From Candidatus Planktophila sp. (GTDB taxonomy: Bacteria; Actinomycetota; Actinomycetes; Nanopelagicales; Nanopelagicaceae), in contig JBIIJO010000001.1 of the NCBI GenBank assembly GCA_044233685.1, positions 1-51,745 on the forward strand: DNA of 51,745 bases, written 5' to 3'. A program made the translations under genes and the position numbers. The first letter of the stretch is position 1, and the number at the start of each line of letters is the position of its first letter. Of this stretch, positions 1-10,381 are shown piece after piece. The notes below the pieces were generated by a model. The model ran no database searches. It was not told the origin of the DNA and saw only the letters and a program-made list of their open reading frames with translations.

Positions 1-69
1 CCCAACGGGATTCGAACCCGTGTTACCGCCGTGAAAGGGCGATGTCCTAGGCCCCTAGACGATGGGGAC
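1..69 (-). tRNA. tRNA-Glu(TTC), 3' end cut by the window edge
   Basis: Reverse complement GTCCCCATCGTCTAGGGGCCTAGGACATCGCCCTTTCACGGCGGTAACACGGGTTCGAATCCCGTTGGG; anticodon loop CT-TTC-AC, T-loop GTTCGAAT. Confidence 0.95.
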
Positions 70-142
70 GTTTCAAGGCTTGGCAATCTTACCCGCCAAA
101 AGGCGTCCAACCAAACCACATTAATTACCGCTTAAATACCGA

Positions 143-874
143 TTAATTAAGCGCCCAGCGCACGGTGATTGTCACTGTTACATCTTGCTCACCTAAATCA
201 ATCTCAACAGCTGCATCTGCAGCAGCTCCTGCCTTGGCCATTGGAAACGGTGATGAGTAAGTAGGTGAAGATTGTTCCTCAAGGGAAACAACTTTACCGA
301 TACTGGTTCCTAGAAGTTTTGCATAGGAAGATGCTTTTGATTTCGCGTTCGCTACTGCAGATGCTCTGGCTTCTTCAGTTGCAACGGCTGGGTTAAGAGT
401 TACAGGAATAACTCCACCTAACTGCACATTATCGCCTCCTGCACTAACTACTGCTTCAATAATTTCGCCAGCTGTAGATGCTTTTCTGACAAGGACATCA
501 AATGATTGTGATGCGCGGTAGCCAGTGATCTTTGTGCCAGATTCTTGTGTGTAGTTGTATTCAGGATAAACAGAGATGTTGGCAGAGCGTATGTCTTTTA
601 CTGCAATTCCTTTTTCCTTGAGCGCTGTTCGCACAGCTGTTGCTGATTTACTCGCAGTTGAAAGTGCCACTGTATTTGTTGATGCAAGGGCAGAGACTGT
701 GGCATTAAAGCGAACTGCATCCGGGACAACCGAGACTGTGCCAACACCAGTGACAGTTATGTATCGGTTTTCGGTAGTACCAGCGCCATTGGCTGGAATG
801 GCAAGGGCGACAACACCTGCAACAGCAGAGACAGTGATGATGGATGCGAATGTGCGAAAGCGGTTTAGTTTCAT
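143..874 (-). CDS. SIMPL (DUF541) domain secreted protein
   Basis: Signal peptide, ITVTGVGTVSVVPD and EEARASAVANAKSKA...LG motifs; second ATG (874) preferred because GATAAT lies 6 nt upstream. Confidence 0.85.
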   Translation of the reverse strand: MKLNRFRTFASIITVSAVAGVVALAIPANGAGTTENRYITVTGVGTVSVVPDAVRFNATVSALASTNTVALSTASKSATAVRTALKEKGIAVKDIRSANISVYPEYNYTQESGTKITGYRASQSFDVLVRKASTAGEIIEAVVSAGGDNVQLGGVIPVTLNPAVATEEARASAVANAKSKASSYAKLLGTSIGKVVSLEEQSSPTYSSPFPMAKAGAAADAAVEIDLGEQDVTVTITVRWALN

Positions 875-942
875 GTCTCTATTATCGCTCATAGGCTGGT
901 ATTGGCGTTAATAAATACTGTGAATAGTGAGAGAATTAAGGG

Positions 943-1926
943 GTGAGCCACCCTCAATTCCAATCTTCTTGCACCGCAGAATCTATTGCTTTAGTTGCTG
1001 CTCATTTGATGTCTGGGGACCTAGTGGCCTTTCCTACGGAAACCGTTTATGGACTTGGCGCAGATGCATGTAACTCCAAAGCAGTTGCAAGGATTTATGA
1101 AGTAAAGGGAAGACCTGCAGATCATCCACTCATCGTGCACATTGCAAGTCTTGATGGACTAGGTAATTGGGCACAAGAAGTACCTGAATACGCAATTAAG
1201 TTAGCCCGAGATTTTTGGCCCGGGCCAATGACTTTAGTTCTAAAGCGAAGTGGATTAGCAGGTGATTTCATAACTGGTGGGCAAGACACCGTGGGTGTTC
1301 GTGTGCCAGATCATGCGGTGGCATTGGCATTACTAACAGCTTTTGAAAAAGTTGGCGGCAAGGGAGTTGCAGCACCAAGTGCCAATCGCTTTGGTCATGT
1401 GTCACCAACAAATGCAGCAGCAGTTAATGAGGAGTTAGGTCAATATCTTTCTGAAGAAGACATAGTTTTAGATGGCGGTGCGTGTTTGGTTGGTGTTGAG
1501 TCCACCATTATCGATTGCACAGGCCCTACCCCACGAATTCTAAGGCCTGGGGCAATTAGTGAATTAATGGTTAGTGAGTGCACGGGGTTCTCAAGCGCAG
1601 AGTTCAAGCCTCAAACAACTACAGGTGAAGAGATTCGCGTGAGCGGGTCACTAGAAAACCACTATGCACCTGCTTCAAAAGTTTTTTTGGATCACACACC
1701 ACTTCCTGGACAAGGTTTCATAGCAGATGCAAAAATCGAAACTCCAGAAGGCGTTATTCGATTAGCTTCACCTAACGATGATGAAGAGTTTGCACGTTTG
1801 TTGTATGCGGCTCTTCGAGCAGCCGATGCAAAGGGCCTGGCAGAAGTAGTGGTGGCGCAGCCAAATGGCACCGGGATAGCTGTTGCTATTCGTGACCGTC
1901 TGGCCCGTGCGGCAAATGGGCGATAA
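943..1926 (+). CDS. tsaC: L-threonylcarbamoyladenylate synthase (Sua5/TsaC family)
   Basis: VAFPTETVYGLGADA, KGRPADHPLIVH, APSANRFG, GVESTIID and a Sua5 C-terminal domain (HYAP). Confidence 0.93.
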   Translation: MSHPQFQSSCTAESIALVAAHLMSGDLVAFPTETVYGLGADACNSKAVARIYEVKGRPADHPLIVHIASLDGLGNWAQEVPEYAIKLARDFWPGPMTLVLKRSGLAGDFITGGQDTVGVRVPDHAVALALLTAFEKVGGKGVAAPSANRFGHVSPTNAAAVNEELGQYLSEEDIVLDGGACLVGVESTIIDCTGPTPRILRPGAISELMVSECTGFSSAEFKPQTTTGEEIRVSGSLENHYAPASKVFLDHTPLPGQGFIADAKIETPEGVIRLASPNDDEEFARLLYAALRAADAKGLAEVVVAQPNGTGIAVAIRDRLARAANGR

Positions 1927-2005
1927 GGAAAGTTAAAGCCACCACCCGTCCTAGTTTTAGCGCTAAGGCTTAGGGATTAGCGCTGACATATGAGAAAGTA
2001 AGCCC

Positions 2006-2779
2006 ATGAAAATAGTCTTATTGGCTGGTGGATTAGGTACACGCCTGCGAGAAGAAACCGAGTTTCGCCCAAAGCCCATGGTTCCTGTGGGTGGCAAACC
2101 AATCCTTTGGCACATCATGAAGACTTTTGCTCACTATGGTCATCAAGAGTTCATTGTGTGTGCTGGATACCGAGGCGACTACATTCGTCAGTACTTCCAT
2201 GACTTTGAGGCGATGAACACAGACTTCACGGTTCATATTGGCCAACAGATTGAGAAAAGCACCCACGGAGTATTAGAGGAATCAGGCTGGGTAGTCACAG
2301 TTGCCGAAACCGGTGCTGAGACTATGACTGGTGGACGAATTCTTCGTGTGAAGGATTATGTGGGTAATGAAACATTTATGTGCACATATGGCGATGGCCT
2401 TGCAAATGTTGATATTGCAAAGCTTCTTGCTTTCCATAAATCACATGGAAAGCTCGCCACAATGACCTCAGTTCGCCCTATTTCTCGCTTTGGAGTCCTT
2501 GATCTTGCAGAAGATAGTTCAGTGAAATCTTTTGAAGAAAAACCACAATCTGAGGGTTGGATCAACGCCGGCTACTTTATTTTTGAACCGCAAGTATTTG
2601 ACTACCTAGAGACCAACTCGATTCTGGAGCGTGAGCCACTCACCAAGCTTGCCCGCGAAGGCCAACTGATGGCATTTAAGCATGAAGGCTTTTTTCAGCC
2701 AATGGATACATTGCGAGAGATGATGATGCTCAATGAAATGTGGGATTCGAACAAAGCACCTTGGAAGGTTTGGAAATGA
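2006..2779 (+). CDS. rfbF: glucose-1-phosphate cytidylyltransferase
   Basis: LAGGLGTRLREETEFRPKPMV, TMTGGR, TYGDG, WINAGYF, F.QPMDTLRE, APWKVW. Confidence 0.93.
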   Translation: MKIVLLAGGLGTRLREETEFRPKPMVPVGGKPILWHIMKTFAHYGHQEFIVCAGYRGDYIRQYFHDFEAMNTDFTVHIGQQIEKSTHGVLEESGWVVTVAETGAETMTGGRILRVKDYVGNETFMCTYGDGLANVDIAKLLAFHKSHGKLATMTSVRPISRFGVLDLAEDSSVKSFEEKPQSEGWINAGYFIFEPQVFDYLETNSILEREPLTKLAREGQLMAFKHEGFFQPMDTLREMMMLNEMWDSNKAPWKVWK

Positions 2780-3762
2780 GTTTTTGGAAAAATAAAAGCG
2801 TATTAGTAACTGGAGCTACAGGCTTAGTTGGTTCATGGCTTGTGCATGAGTTGTTAAAGCAAGGCTCAAACGTCACAGCCCTAGTGCTAGATAATGACCC
2901 AGCCTCACAGCTGTTTCGAAGTGGTGACATTAACCGAATCTCTGTTGTGAGCGGAAATCTGAGTTCTTATCATGATGTTGCACGGTCTATGTATACAAAT
3001 GAGTGCACAGAGGTATTTCACCTAGGGGCTCAAACCATTGTGGGAACTGCGCTTTTAGATCCCATCTCTACCTTTGAATCCAACGTCCAAGGCACATGGA
3101 ATGTTCTTGAAGCAGTTCGCCAGTCAAAGGGATTAGTCAAAGCTGTTGTCGTTGCATCAAGTGATAAGGCTTACGGATCCTCTGGAAACCTTCCATACTT
3201 AGAAGATCATCCTTTGCATGGTGATGGACCATATGACGTCTCTAAATCATGCACAGATTTAATAGCTCAGTCATATGGAAATACATATGGACTACCAGTA
3301 ACTGTTGCACGGTGTGGAAATATCTATGGTGGCGGGGATCTGAATTGGAGCCGCATCGTGCCTGGAACTATTCGCGACTTAGAGCGAAAGAAGCAACCAG
3401 TCTTTAGAAGTGATGGAACTTTCATTCGAGATTACGTCCATGTCGATGATGTCATTAGCGGATACATGAAACTTGCAGAGGTTTCACAAACTAAAAATCT
3501 CAATGGAGAAGGCTTCAACTTCTCACGCGATGAACCTCTGAGTGTCACCGCTCTCTATAAGCACATTTGTCAAGCAACAGTTGGTGCCTATGTTGAGCCG
3601 CTGATTCTTAATACTGCTAAATCTGAGATTAAGGACCAACACCTCAACAGCAATAAAGCAAAGAGTGTTTTGGGCTGGAGCTCTAGTGTCTCAATTGGTG
3701 ATGGCCTAGCTAAGACCGTTGCTTGGTATCGCAACTATTTACAGAGCGGATCAAATGTCTAA
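2776..3762 (+). CDS. rfbG: CDP-glucose 4,6-dehydratase-like NAD-dependent dehydratase
   Basis: FWKNKSVLVTGATGLVG, SSDKAY, YDVSKSC, RCGNIYGGGD; ATGA overlap with the rfbF stop. Confidence 0.75.
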   Translation: MSFWKNKSVLVTGATGLVGSWLVHELLKQGSNVTALVLDNDPASQLFRSGDINRISVVSGNLSSYHDVARSMYTNECTEVFHLGAQTIVGTALLDPISTFESNVQGTWNVLEAVRQSKGLVKAVVVASSDKAYGSSGNLPYLEDHPLHGDGPYDVSKSCTDLIAQSYGNTYGLPVTVARCGNIYGGGDLNWSRIVPGTIRDLERKKQPVFRSDGTFIRDYVHVDDVISGYMKLAEVSQTKNLNGEGFNFSRDEPLSVTALYKHICQATVGAYVEPLILNTAKSEIKDQHLNSNKAKSVLGWSSSVSIGDGLAKTVAWYRNYLQSGSNV

Positions 3763-4690
3763 AAAACTAATCAGTCTCATCATTCCTGCTTATAACGAGG
3801 AGGATTGTGTTGATGAGCTCTTTAACCGCCTAGATGCAATTTTTGCTACAGAACCACAATATGACTTTGAAGTTGTCATTGTTGAAAACGGCTCAATAGA
3901 CTCAACATGGGTCAAGCTTCAGGCCATTGCCGAGAAAGACAGCAGATTTAAGATTCTAAAACTATCCCGCAATTTTCGAATGGATGGTGGCTTAACTGCA
4001 GGACTTGATTTCATCAAGGGTGATGCCTGTGTTCTAATGACTGCTGATTTACAGGATCCCCCTGAGCTCATTCCTCAGTTCCTTCGCTACTGGGAACAGG
4101 GTTATGAAAACATTTTTGGTGTCATAACTAAGCGTGAAGGCACTGGCCCAATTCGAACAATGAATTCAAAGCTTTTTTATTGGCTTGCTGGCAAGTTAAC
4201 AGATGGACGTATTCCAAGAAATGCCTCTGATTTTAGACTTGTAGATCGCAAAGTGTATGAAGCGGTTAAAAGAATGACCGAGAGAAATAGATTTGTACGA
4301 GGTCTTTTTGCTTGGGCAGGTTTTAATTCAATTGGTGTTCCTATGGAGCGCCCTCCACGTTTTGGTGGCGTATCCAATGCTCACACACTAAAGGTTTTAG
4401 ATCTTGCCTTTAAAGGAATCTTTGCTCATTCATATAAGCCACTTCGCTTAATCACAGTGTTTGGATTCGTTCTTTCTGGCTTATCTTTCATATCTATAGT
4501 TCCACTCTTTTTTCTTTGGCTCTTTGTTGGAGTTCCATTTGCTGGCTTCGGAACTTTAGTGGGGCTATTTCTATTGGTATTTGGAATAGTTTCTCTCATG
4601 CTTGGAATTTTAAGTGAGTATGTTGGATTGATTTATGAGGAAGTAAAAGCTCGTCCTAATTATGTAGTCTCAGAGTTTTTGGAACGCTAA
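3755..4690 (+). CDS. GT2 polyprenyl-phosphate glycosyltransferase (GtrB-like)
   Basis: IIPAYNEE, ENGSID, LSRNF, ADLQDPPELI, DFRLVDRKV, RFVRGL and two C-terminal TM helices. Confidence 0.9.
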   Translation: MSKKLISLIIPAYNEEDCVDELFNRLDAIFATEPQYDFEVVIVENGSIDSTWVKLQAIAEKDSRFKILKLSRNFRMDGGLTAGLDFIKGDACVLMTADLQDPPELIPQFLRYWEQGYENIFGVITKREGTGPIRTMNSKLFYWLAGKLTDGRIPRNASDFRLVDRKVYEAVKRMTERNRFVRGLFAWAGFNSIGVPMERPPRFGGVSNAHTLKVLDLAFKGIFAHSYKPLRLITVFGFVLSGLSFISIVPLFFLWLFVGVPFAGFGTLVGLFLLVFGIVSLMLGILSEYVGLIYEEVKARPNYVVSEFLER

Positions 4691-5355
4691 TGAAAGCGAT
4701 TGTTTTTGGAGCAAATGGCTACCTCGGTAGTGCCATTGTGGATGAGCTAAGAAAAAATAGCTTTGATGTCACCACATCATCTAGGAGTTCTAGCGAAACT
4801 GAGTTTCAAACCCAGGATGGATTTGATTCCATTATTGCGTCAGGTAAGAAATTTGATGCATGCATTTGGGCTCAAGGGCAAAACGCTAGCGACACTCTTA
4901 GTAGTGCAGGCAACTTTGATGCAATCTTTGAAGCCAATATCGGCTTCATTGTTAAATCTCTAACGGCTCTTATTGAAAACAACCTTCTAGCTCCACAGGC
5001 AAGATTGGTAGTTCTGAGCAGCGTATGGCAATCGTTATCACGGACAAAGAAGTTTTCTTACTCGGTTTCTAAATCAGCAGTTGAAGGTTTAGTTAACTCA
5101 TTTATTGCCGACTATTCAGCACAGGGCTACGCGATGAATGCAGTCTTGCCTGGGGTTGTGGATACACCTATGACTAGAGCTAATTTGAGTGAGAATCAAA
5201 TAAAGAAGATTGAAAATGAAACTCCATCTCAACATTTAGTTTCTGCTTCAAATGTGGCAAAAGTGGTTTCTTGGCTCTCTTCACCAGAGTCAGCTGGGGT
5301 TAATGGCCAATTCATCCGCGTAGACAATGGATGGTCACAGATTCGTGCAATATAG
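4690..5355 (+). CDS. SDR family oxidoreductase
   Basis: GANGYLG Rossmann motif, YSVSK catalytic motif, PGVVDTPMT, VDNGW. Confidence 0.88.
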   Translation: MKAIVFGANGYLGSAIVDELRKNSFDVTTSSRSSSETEFQTQDGFDSIIASGKKFDACIWAQGQNASDTLSSAGNFDAIFEANIGFIVKSLTALIENNLLAPQARLVVLSSVWQSLSRTKKFSYSVSKSAVEGLVNSFIADYSAQGYAMNAVLPGVVDTPMTRANLSENQIKKIENETPSQHLVSASNVAKVVSWLSSPESAGVNGQFIRVDNGWSQIRAI

Positions 5356-6421
5356 ATTGGAAGTTCAAAGTTCTAGTTTTAAGTATCTGATCTCCAATGA
5401 GTTGGGTGAGATTCTCAACAAACCCACCAGATATATTGTCATTTGTGATGAGAAGGTTGAGCAATCAGCCCGAAAGATATTTTCACAAGTTTCAGATTTT
5501 ATTGTTTTAGAAGTCAACGAAAAAATAAAGACATTAGATGGTGCAGGCAAGATTCTTTTAGAACTTGCACAGCGTGGTGTTGTGCGTGGAGATATTCTCA
5601 TCGCAGTCGGCGGCGGCGCCCTACAAGACCTCGTAACTCTTACAGCATCTATCTACATGCGAGGCCTTGAATGGATCTACGCACCCACAACATTGATGTC
5701 CATGTTGGATTCATGTATTGGCGGAAAGAGCTCGATTAACTTAGGAAAATACAAAAACCTACTTGGAAACATTTATCCACCTAAGAGTGTGTATATCGAC
5801 AAGGGATCTGTTGCGACCCTTAGTGATGTAGACATAGCCTGCGGATTAGCTGAAGGAGTAAAAATTTGCTTTGCTGCATCAGTAGCAGAATCTTCTAAAT
5901 TCCAGGAGATTATTGCTCAATGGCGTTCAACATCTAATGATGATTTCCTAGAGGAGGCTATATTCCTATCGCTAGAAAAGAAACGTTGGTTTGTTGAAAT
6001 TGATGAGTTCGATAAGAAGGAGCGCAAACTCCTCAATTTCGGCCATTCCTTCGGACACGCCCTTGAAGCGGCTACAGATTTTGCACTTCCTCACGGAATG
6101 GGCGTGTTTGTGGGCATGCACACTGCGATCAATTTTGCGGGTAGTCCCTCACAAGCAGGATCCTTGCTTACTTGGATTGAAAAAGAAGTTTCTCTAATCA
6201 AGACTCAGCTAGAAACTCTGAAGCTTTCAAGAGAAACATTCCTTCGTGCAATGAAGCAAGACAAGAAGAATTCAGCCACAGAGCAGTGCTTAATTCTGCC
6301 TAATGAGAATGGCGCTTTGATAGAGAAGTTCTCACCGCTCAATGAAGTGAATCTAGAGAAGTGTTTTGATACATTAGTTAAATCCCTTAACAAGTTGGAA
6401 ATAGACCATGAAGTACTCTGA
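5345..6421 (+). CDS. 3-dehydroquinate synthase-like sugar-phosphate cyclase
   Basis: GGGALQD, PTTLMSMLDSCIGGKSSIN, KNLLG, LNFGHSFGHALE, HG; GTG start inferred from overlap with the SDR stop. Confidence 0.85.
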   Translation: MQYRLEVQSSSFKYLISNELGEILNKPTRYIVICDEKVEQSARKIFSQVSDFIVLEVNEKIKTLDGAGKILLELAQRGVVRGDILIAVGGGALQDLVTLTASIYMRGLEWIYAPTTLMSMLDSCIGGKSSINLGKYKNLLGNIYPPKSVYIDKGSVATLSDVDIACGLAEGVKICFAASVAESSKFQEIIAQWRSTSNDDFLEEAIFLSLEKKRWFVEIDEFDKKERKLLNFGHSFGHALEAATDFALPHGMGVFVGMHTAINFAGSPSQAGSLLTWIEKEVSLIKTQLETLKLSRETFLRAMKQDKKNSATEQCLILPNENGALIEKFSPLNEVNLEKCFDTLVKSLNKLEIDHEVL

Positions 6422-8219
6422 TTATTTTATTGAGAGCCTTGTTGAATTGGGATATACACACTGCTTCTTCGTTGGTGGCGGCAATGTGATGCACTTACTT
6501 GAATCTGCAAGAACCCGCATGGAATGTGTCGCTGTGGTGCACGAAGTGAGTGCAGGAATTGCAGCTGAGTATTTCAATGTGGCAAATAGGGGCAACGGTA
6601 AGCGCGCATTTGCTATGGTTACAGCAGGACCTGGAATTACTAACCTTGCAACTGCTATTGGTGGTGCATGGCTTGAGAGCCGTGAACTATTAGTTGTTGG
6701 TGGTCAGGCGCGCACAGACTTTCTTTCCCACCCTGAAGTTCGACAAATTGGTCATCAACAAATTGATGGCCGATCCATTGTTGAACCAATGAGCAAACTT
6801 TCAATGACTGTGACTGAACCGCTCGGATTCAAGGAATTAGAAAATGTGACCGATTTCTCAAGGAGTGGTAGAAAGGGCCCAGTCTTTTTGGAGATCTGCC
6901 TTGATATCACGGCCATGGAAGTCAATAAAGATTCATTGAATGCAGCACCTGAGCATGTAAAGCGCGTTGAGCCAAAAATTACTGGAAAGTTTTCAACAGA
7001 TGAAGTAACACAATTATCTGATCTCATAGGCAACAGTTCGAGACCACTATTTCTTGTTGGTGGAGGCTTGGATTATCAAAGCTTTGTAAAGCTATTGCCT
7101 GAGCTCTCACAATTGGGAATTCCAGTTGCTACAACCTGGAATGCAGTTGATTACCTTGACTCCGACCATCCTTTATACGCTGGGCGTCCAAACACATATG
7201 GAATGCGTTGGGCAAATGGTGTGATCCAACAGGCTGATTTAGTAATCACTCTGGGTGCACGAATGGGTCTACAACAAACCGGATTTGCTTGGCAGGAATT
7301 TGTGCCGGTGGGAAATATTGTAAGAATTGAACTGGATGATCATGAGATACAACTCAATCAACCAAAAACTAAGCTCGACATTAACATGGATGCAGCAACT
7401 GGCTTAAAAGCATTGTTAGAGGTTGTAAAAGATGGCAAGCTAACAAGCGATTATTCAATCTGGCGCTCATTTATAGGTGAGTTAAGAAAAGAATTGCCTG
7501 TTGTGGAAAAAGCCACTTTTCAATATCCAGGATTTACCAATCCCTTTGAGTTTGTTGAACAACTAGGTGGATTACTCAATAGTGATGATCGGGTAGTTGC
7601 ATGCAGTAGTGGCGGTGCATACACAACGATGATGCAAGTCTTTGCGCAAAAACAAGGTCAGTTACTTACAAATAATAAAGGCTTAGCAAGTATGGGCTAT
7701 GGCTTAGCAGGTGCTATTGGTACCGCGGTAGAAAATCCTACAAAGAGAACTGTGTTAGTTGAGGGTGACGGCGGTTTTGCTCAGAACTTATCTGAATTGG
7801 GAACTGTTCAAAATCGAGCTTTGAATTTGAAGGTGTTTATCTTCTCAAATAAGGGATATGCATCGATTAGAGTCTCACAAAAGGCTTATTTTGCTGGTGC
7901 CTATATTGGTTGTGATGCAGAAACTGGGGTTGGACTACCCGACTGGACTAAGGCCTTTGATGCATATGGGATTCCCAGTGTTGAAATCTCAGGGAGCCTA
8001 AGTGAGAACAAAGAAGCATTACGCCTACTCAGTGCTGATGGCCCAGCTGCCTTTATAGTCAATGTTCATCCAGATCAATCATTTCTTCCAAAAATTACAA
8101 GCCGAATTTCATCTGATGGAAAAATGAAATCTAATCCAATTCACCTTATGGATCCCCAGTTAGAGGCTGAAGTAGCACAAAGAGTGTTTGAATTCTTACC
8201 TGATTCGCTCAAGGGGTAA
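6408..8219 (+). CDS. thiamine-diphosphate-dependent enzyme (acetolactate synthase/YerE-like)
   Basis: VHEVSAG, TAGPGITN, SMGYGLAGAIG, GDGG...N ThDP-binding motif. Confidence 0.9.
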   Translation: MKYSDYFIESLVELGYTHCFFVGGGNVMHLLESARTRMECVAVVHEVSAGIAAEYFNVANRGNGKRAFAMVTAGPGITNLATAIGGAWLESRELLVVGGQARTDFLSHPEVRQIGHQQIDGRSIVEPMSKLSMTVTEPLGFKELENVTDFSRSGRKGPVFLEICLDITAMEVNKDSLNAAPEHVKRVEPKITGKFSTDEVTQLSDLIGNSSRPLFLVGGGLDYQSFVKLLPELSQLGIPVATTWNAVDYLDSDHPLYAGRPNTYGMRWANGVIQQADLVITLGARMGLQQTGFAWQEFVPVGNIVRIELDDHEIQLNQPKTKLDINMDAATGLKALLEVVKDGKLTSDYSIWRSFIGELRKELPVVEKATFQYPGFTNPFEFVEQLGGLLNSDDRVVACSSGGAYTTMMQVFAQKQGQLLTNNKGLASMGYGLAGAIGTAVENPTKRTVLVEGDGGFAQNLSELGTVQNRALNLKVFIFSNKGYASIRVSQKAYFAGAYIGCDAETGVGLPDWTKAFDAYGIPSVEISGSLSENKEALRLLSADGPAAFIVNVHPDQSFLPKITSRISSDGKMKSNPIHLMDPQLEAEVAQRVFEFLPDSLKG

Positions 8220-8221
8220 TT

Positions 8222-9148
8222 GTGAAAGAGAATTCTTCGAAAGTCCTCATCACTGGTGCTACGGGTTGGCTTGGAAGAGAGACTGTTGCCAGAGTTCTTG
8301 AAGGAAAATTAGATGGAATTTCTAAGTCCGATCTCTTATTAGCTTCTTCAAATGGACGAGATTTAGAGTTAGATTCACTTGGCGTATTTGCAACAGGCGC
8401 TCTTGCAGAATTTAGTGATACAAAAGGAACAGAGGCTATCGATGGACTAGTTCACTTGGCCTTTATTACAAAGGATAAAACTGCCGAATATAGCTTTAGT
8501 GAATATTTAGCTAAAAACATTGCATTGATTTCAGCAGCTTGCAAAATTATTGAACGCGAAAAACCTAAATGGGTAGTTGTTGTCTCCTCAGGTGCAATTA
8601 TTGATCGTTCGACAATGGAGATTGAGAACAATGTCTTAAGCAACCCCTATGGGTTTTGCAAGAGAATTGAAGAGGCACTCATCTCTGAGTCAGCTCGTAA
8701 AGTTGGTGCGAATATTGTTATTGGGCGCTTGTGGGGTGGTACTGGACTATATATGCCAATTAAGCGCGCGTATGCAATTAGTGATTTCATTGAATCAGCC
8801 AAGGAAAAAAACGGAATAAGTATTAATTCCGGCGGGGAAGTAATACGGCGATATTGCGATGCAGGAGATTTCATGGAGGTTCTAGTACGAGCTGCCCTTA
8901 AAGGAGAGACCACAACAATTGATTCAGGTGGCTCAATTATTGAAGTAGGCGAGCTTGCCAATTTGATTTCAGCTCGCTTAGGCGGCATCCCGATCACTAG
9001 ATCACAGACCCCGACCCCTCTTGATGACTACTACCCAAGAGGTTCAGAATTCGAAGATTTAGCAAAGTCGGTGGGTGTGCAACTTCACGGCATAGATGAG
9101 CAAGTTTTGAGGACGCTTAAATCCCATAAAGTTCTAAACTTTGGATAG
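8222..9148 (+). CDS. NAD-dependent epimerase/dehydratase (sugar reductase-like)
   Basis: ITGATGWLG, HLAF, SSGA, YGFCK extended-SDR motifs. Confidence 0.8.
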   Translation: MKENSSKVLITGATGWLGRETVARVLEGKLDGISKSDLLLASSNGRDLELDSLGVFATGALAEFSDTKGTEAIDGLVHLAFITKDKTAEYSFSEYLAKNIALISAACKIIEREKPKWVVVVSSGAIIDRSTMEIENNVLSNPYGFCKRIEEALISESARKVGANIVIGRLWGGTGLYMPIKRAYAISDFIESAKEKNGISINSGGEVIRRYCDAGDFMEVLVRAALKGETTTIDSGGSIIEVGELANLISARLGGIPITRSQTPTPLDDYYPRGSEFEDLAKSVGVQLHGIDEQVLRTLKSHKVLNFG

Positions 9149-9177
9149 ACTTTCTATATCTAATTTGAAGGAGAATC

Positions 9178-9999
9178 ATGAATAAAACTGAACGCAAGAT
9201 GGTAGAAATTCTAACCCGCGGGCGTGAGAATTTCGGAATCGTAAGTGTTAAGGCAGAGTTTGAAGCAGAAGGAACACGCCTTGAAGAGCTCTTGCGTTTA
9301 GTAGACATAACACGCGCAGCTGGATTGCCAGTAACGGTGAAAATTGGTGGCTGTGAGGCTATCCGCGACCTACTTGAGTCCAAGCAAATTGGTGTCAGAT
9401 ATGTAGTTGCACCGATGGTTGAATCAGCATACGCAGCAAGCAAGTACGTTTTAGCTAAGAACATTGTCTACACAGAAGATGAACAGAAAGACACAGATTT
9501 TCTATTCAACATGGAGACAATTACAGGTTTTAACAACCGTGAAGCCCTAGTTCAAGAAATCTGCAAGCCAGGCGGCGCTGACGGTGTCGTATTTGGGCGC
9601 GTTGACTTTGTTGGCTCAATGGATTGGGCTAGAGACACAATCAATAAGCAGAAAACTACTGACTACATCCTTGAAGTTTCTAAACTATGTAAAGCTGCAG
9701 ATAAGCAATTGGTTATGGGTGGTGGAGTCTCAATTGAATCGATTGATGCAATTCGCCAAGTTCACGAAATTCGCCTAGATCGCTTTGAAACACGTAAAGT
9801 TGTCTTTGACGCCAAGGTTGCACTTGCGGCAGATATCGAAGCAGGACTTGTTGATGCGGTTCACTTTGAGCTTCTATGGCTTCTAAACAAGCGTGACTAC
9901 TACACAGGCATCGCCCATGAAGATGAAAAGCGTATTGGAATGCTTGAAGCACGCTGGGAAGAATTGAAGTCTTGGCACAAAGAGGGAAAAAACAAGTAA
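9178..9999 (+). CDS. HpcH/HpaI aldolase / citrate lyase beta family protein
   Basis: VKAEFEAEG, KIGGCEA, VVAPMVES, NMET, GRVDF; SD AAGGAG upstream. Confidence 0.75.
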   Translation: MNKTERKMVEILTRGRENFGIVSVKAEFEAEGTRLEELLRLVDITRAAGLPVTVKIGGCEAIRDLLESKQIGVRYVVAPMVESAYAASKYVLAKNIVYTEDEQKDTDFLFNMETITGFNNREALVQEICKPGGADGVVFGRVDFVGSMDWARDTINKQKTTDYILEVSKLCKAADKQLVMGGGVSIESIDAIRQVHEIRLDRFETRKVVFDAKVALAADIEAGLVDAVHFELLWLLNKRDYYTGIAHEDEKRIGMLEARWEELKSWHKEGKNK

Positions 10000-10006
10000 A
10001 GATCAG

Positions 10007-10381
10007 GTGAAAACAACCACCAGATATTTACTAGTTGGGTTCTGGAACTCTGTATTTGGAGTTGGAATCTTTCTGATTCTCTCCCAGTCCTTTCCAAAGC
10101 TCAGTGATTCCCTTGTTTTGCTTATTGCCTATGTTGTCTCAATAGTTCAGGCGCATTTCATGCAGCGAAAATACGTCTGGGGATCAACAGAGAGATACTT
10201 TCAGGAGCTAGTGCGCTTCTCCGGAGCTTATATTTCTCAATTTGTTGCAAACTTGGTTCTGCTACAAATATTCGTGCGTTTTGTAGGATTAAATCGCTCA
10301 GTCAGTCAGGTCATAATTGTGCTTATCCTTACGGTAGTAATGTTTTTTGTTAACAAGAACGGAGTCTTTCGTGTCAAATAA
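10007..10381 (+). CDS. GtrA family flippase-like membrane protein
   Basis: 124 aa, four hydrophobic segments, RYLLVG N-terminus and NKNGVF C-terminus. Confidence 0.85.
   Translation: MKTTTRYLLVGFWNSVFGVGIFLILSQSFPKLSDSLVLLIAYVVSIVQAHFMQRKYVWGSTERYFQELVRFSGAYISQFVANLVLLQIFVRFVGLNRSVSQVIIVLILTVVMFFVNKNGVFRVK

Noticed and set aside
5345-8219. Housekeeping aroB and ilvB calls
   Set aside because: No aroK/aroC or ilvN/ilvC neighbours and both are embedded in a nucleotide-sugar operon, so symbols were withheld
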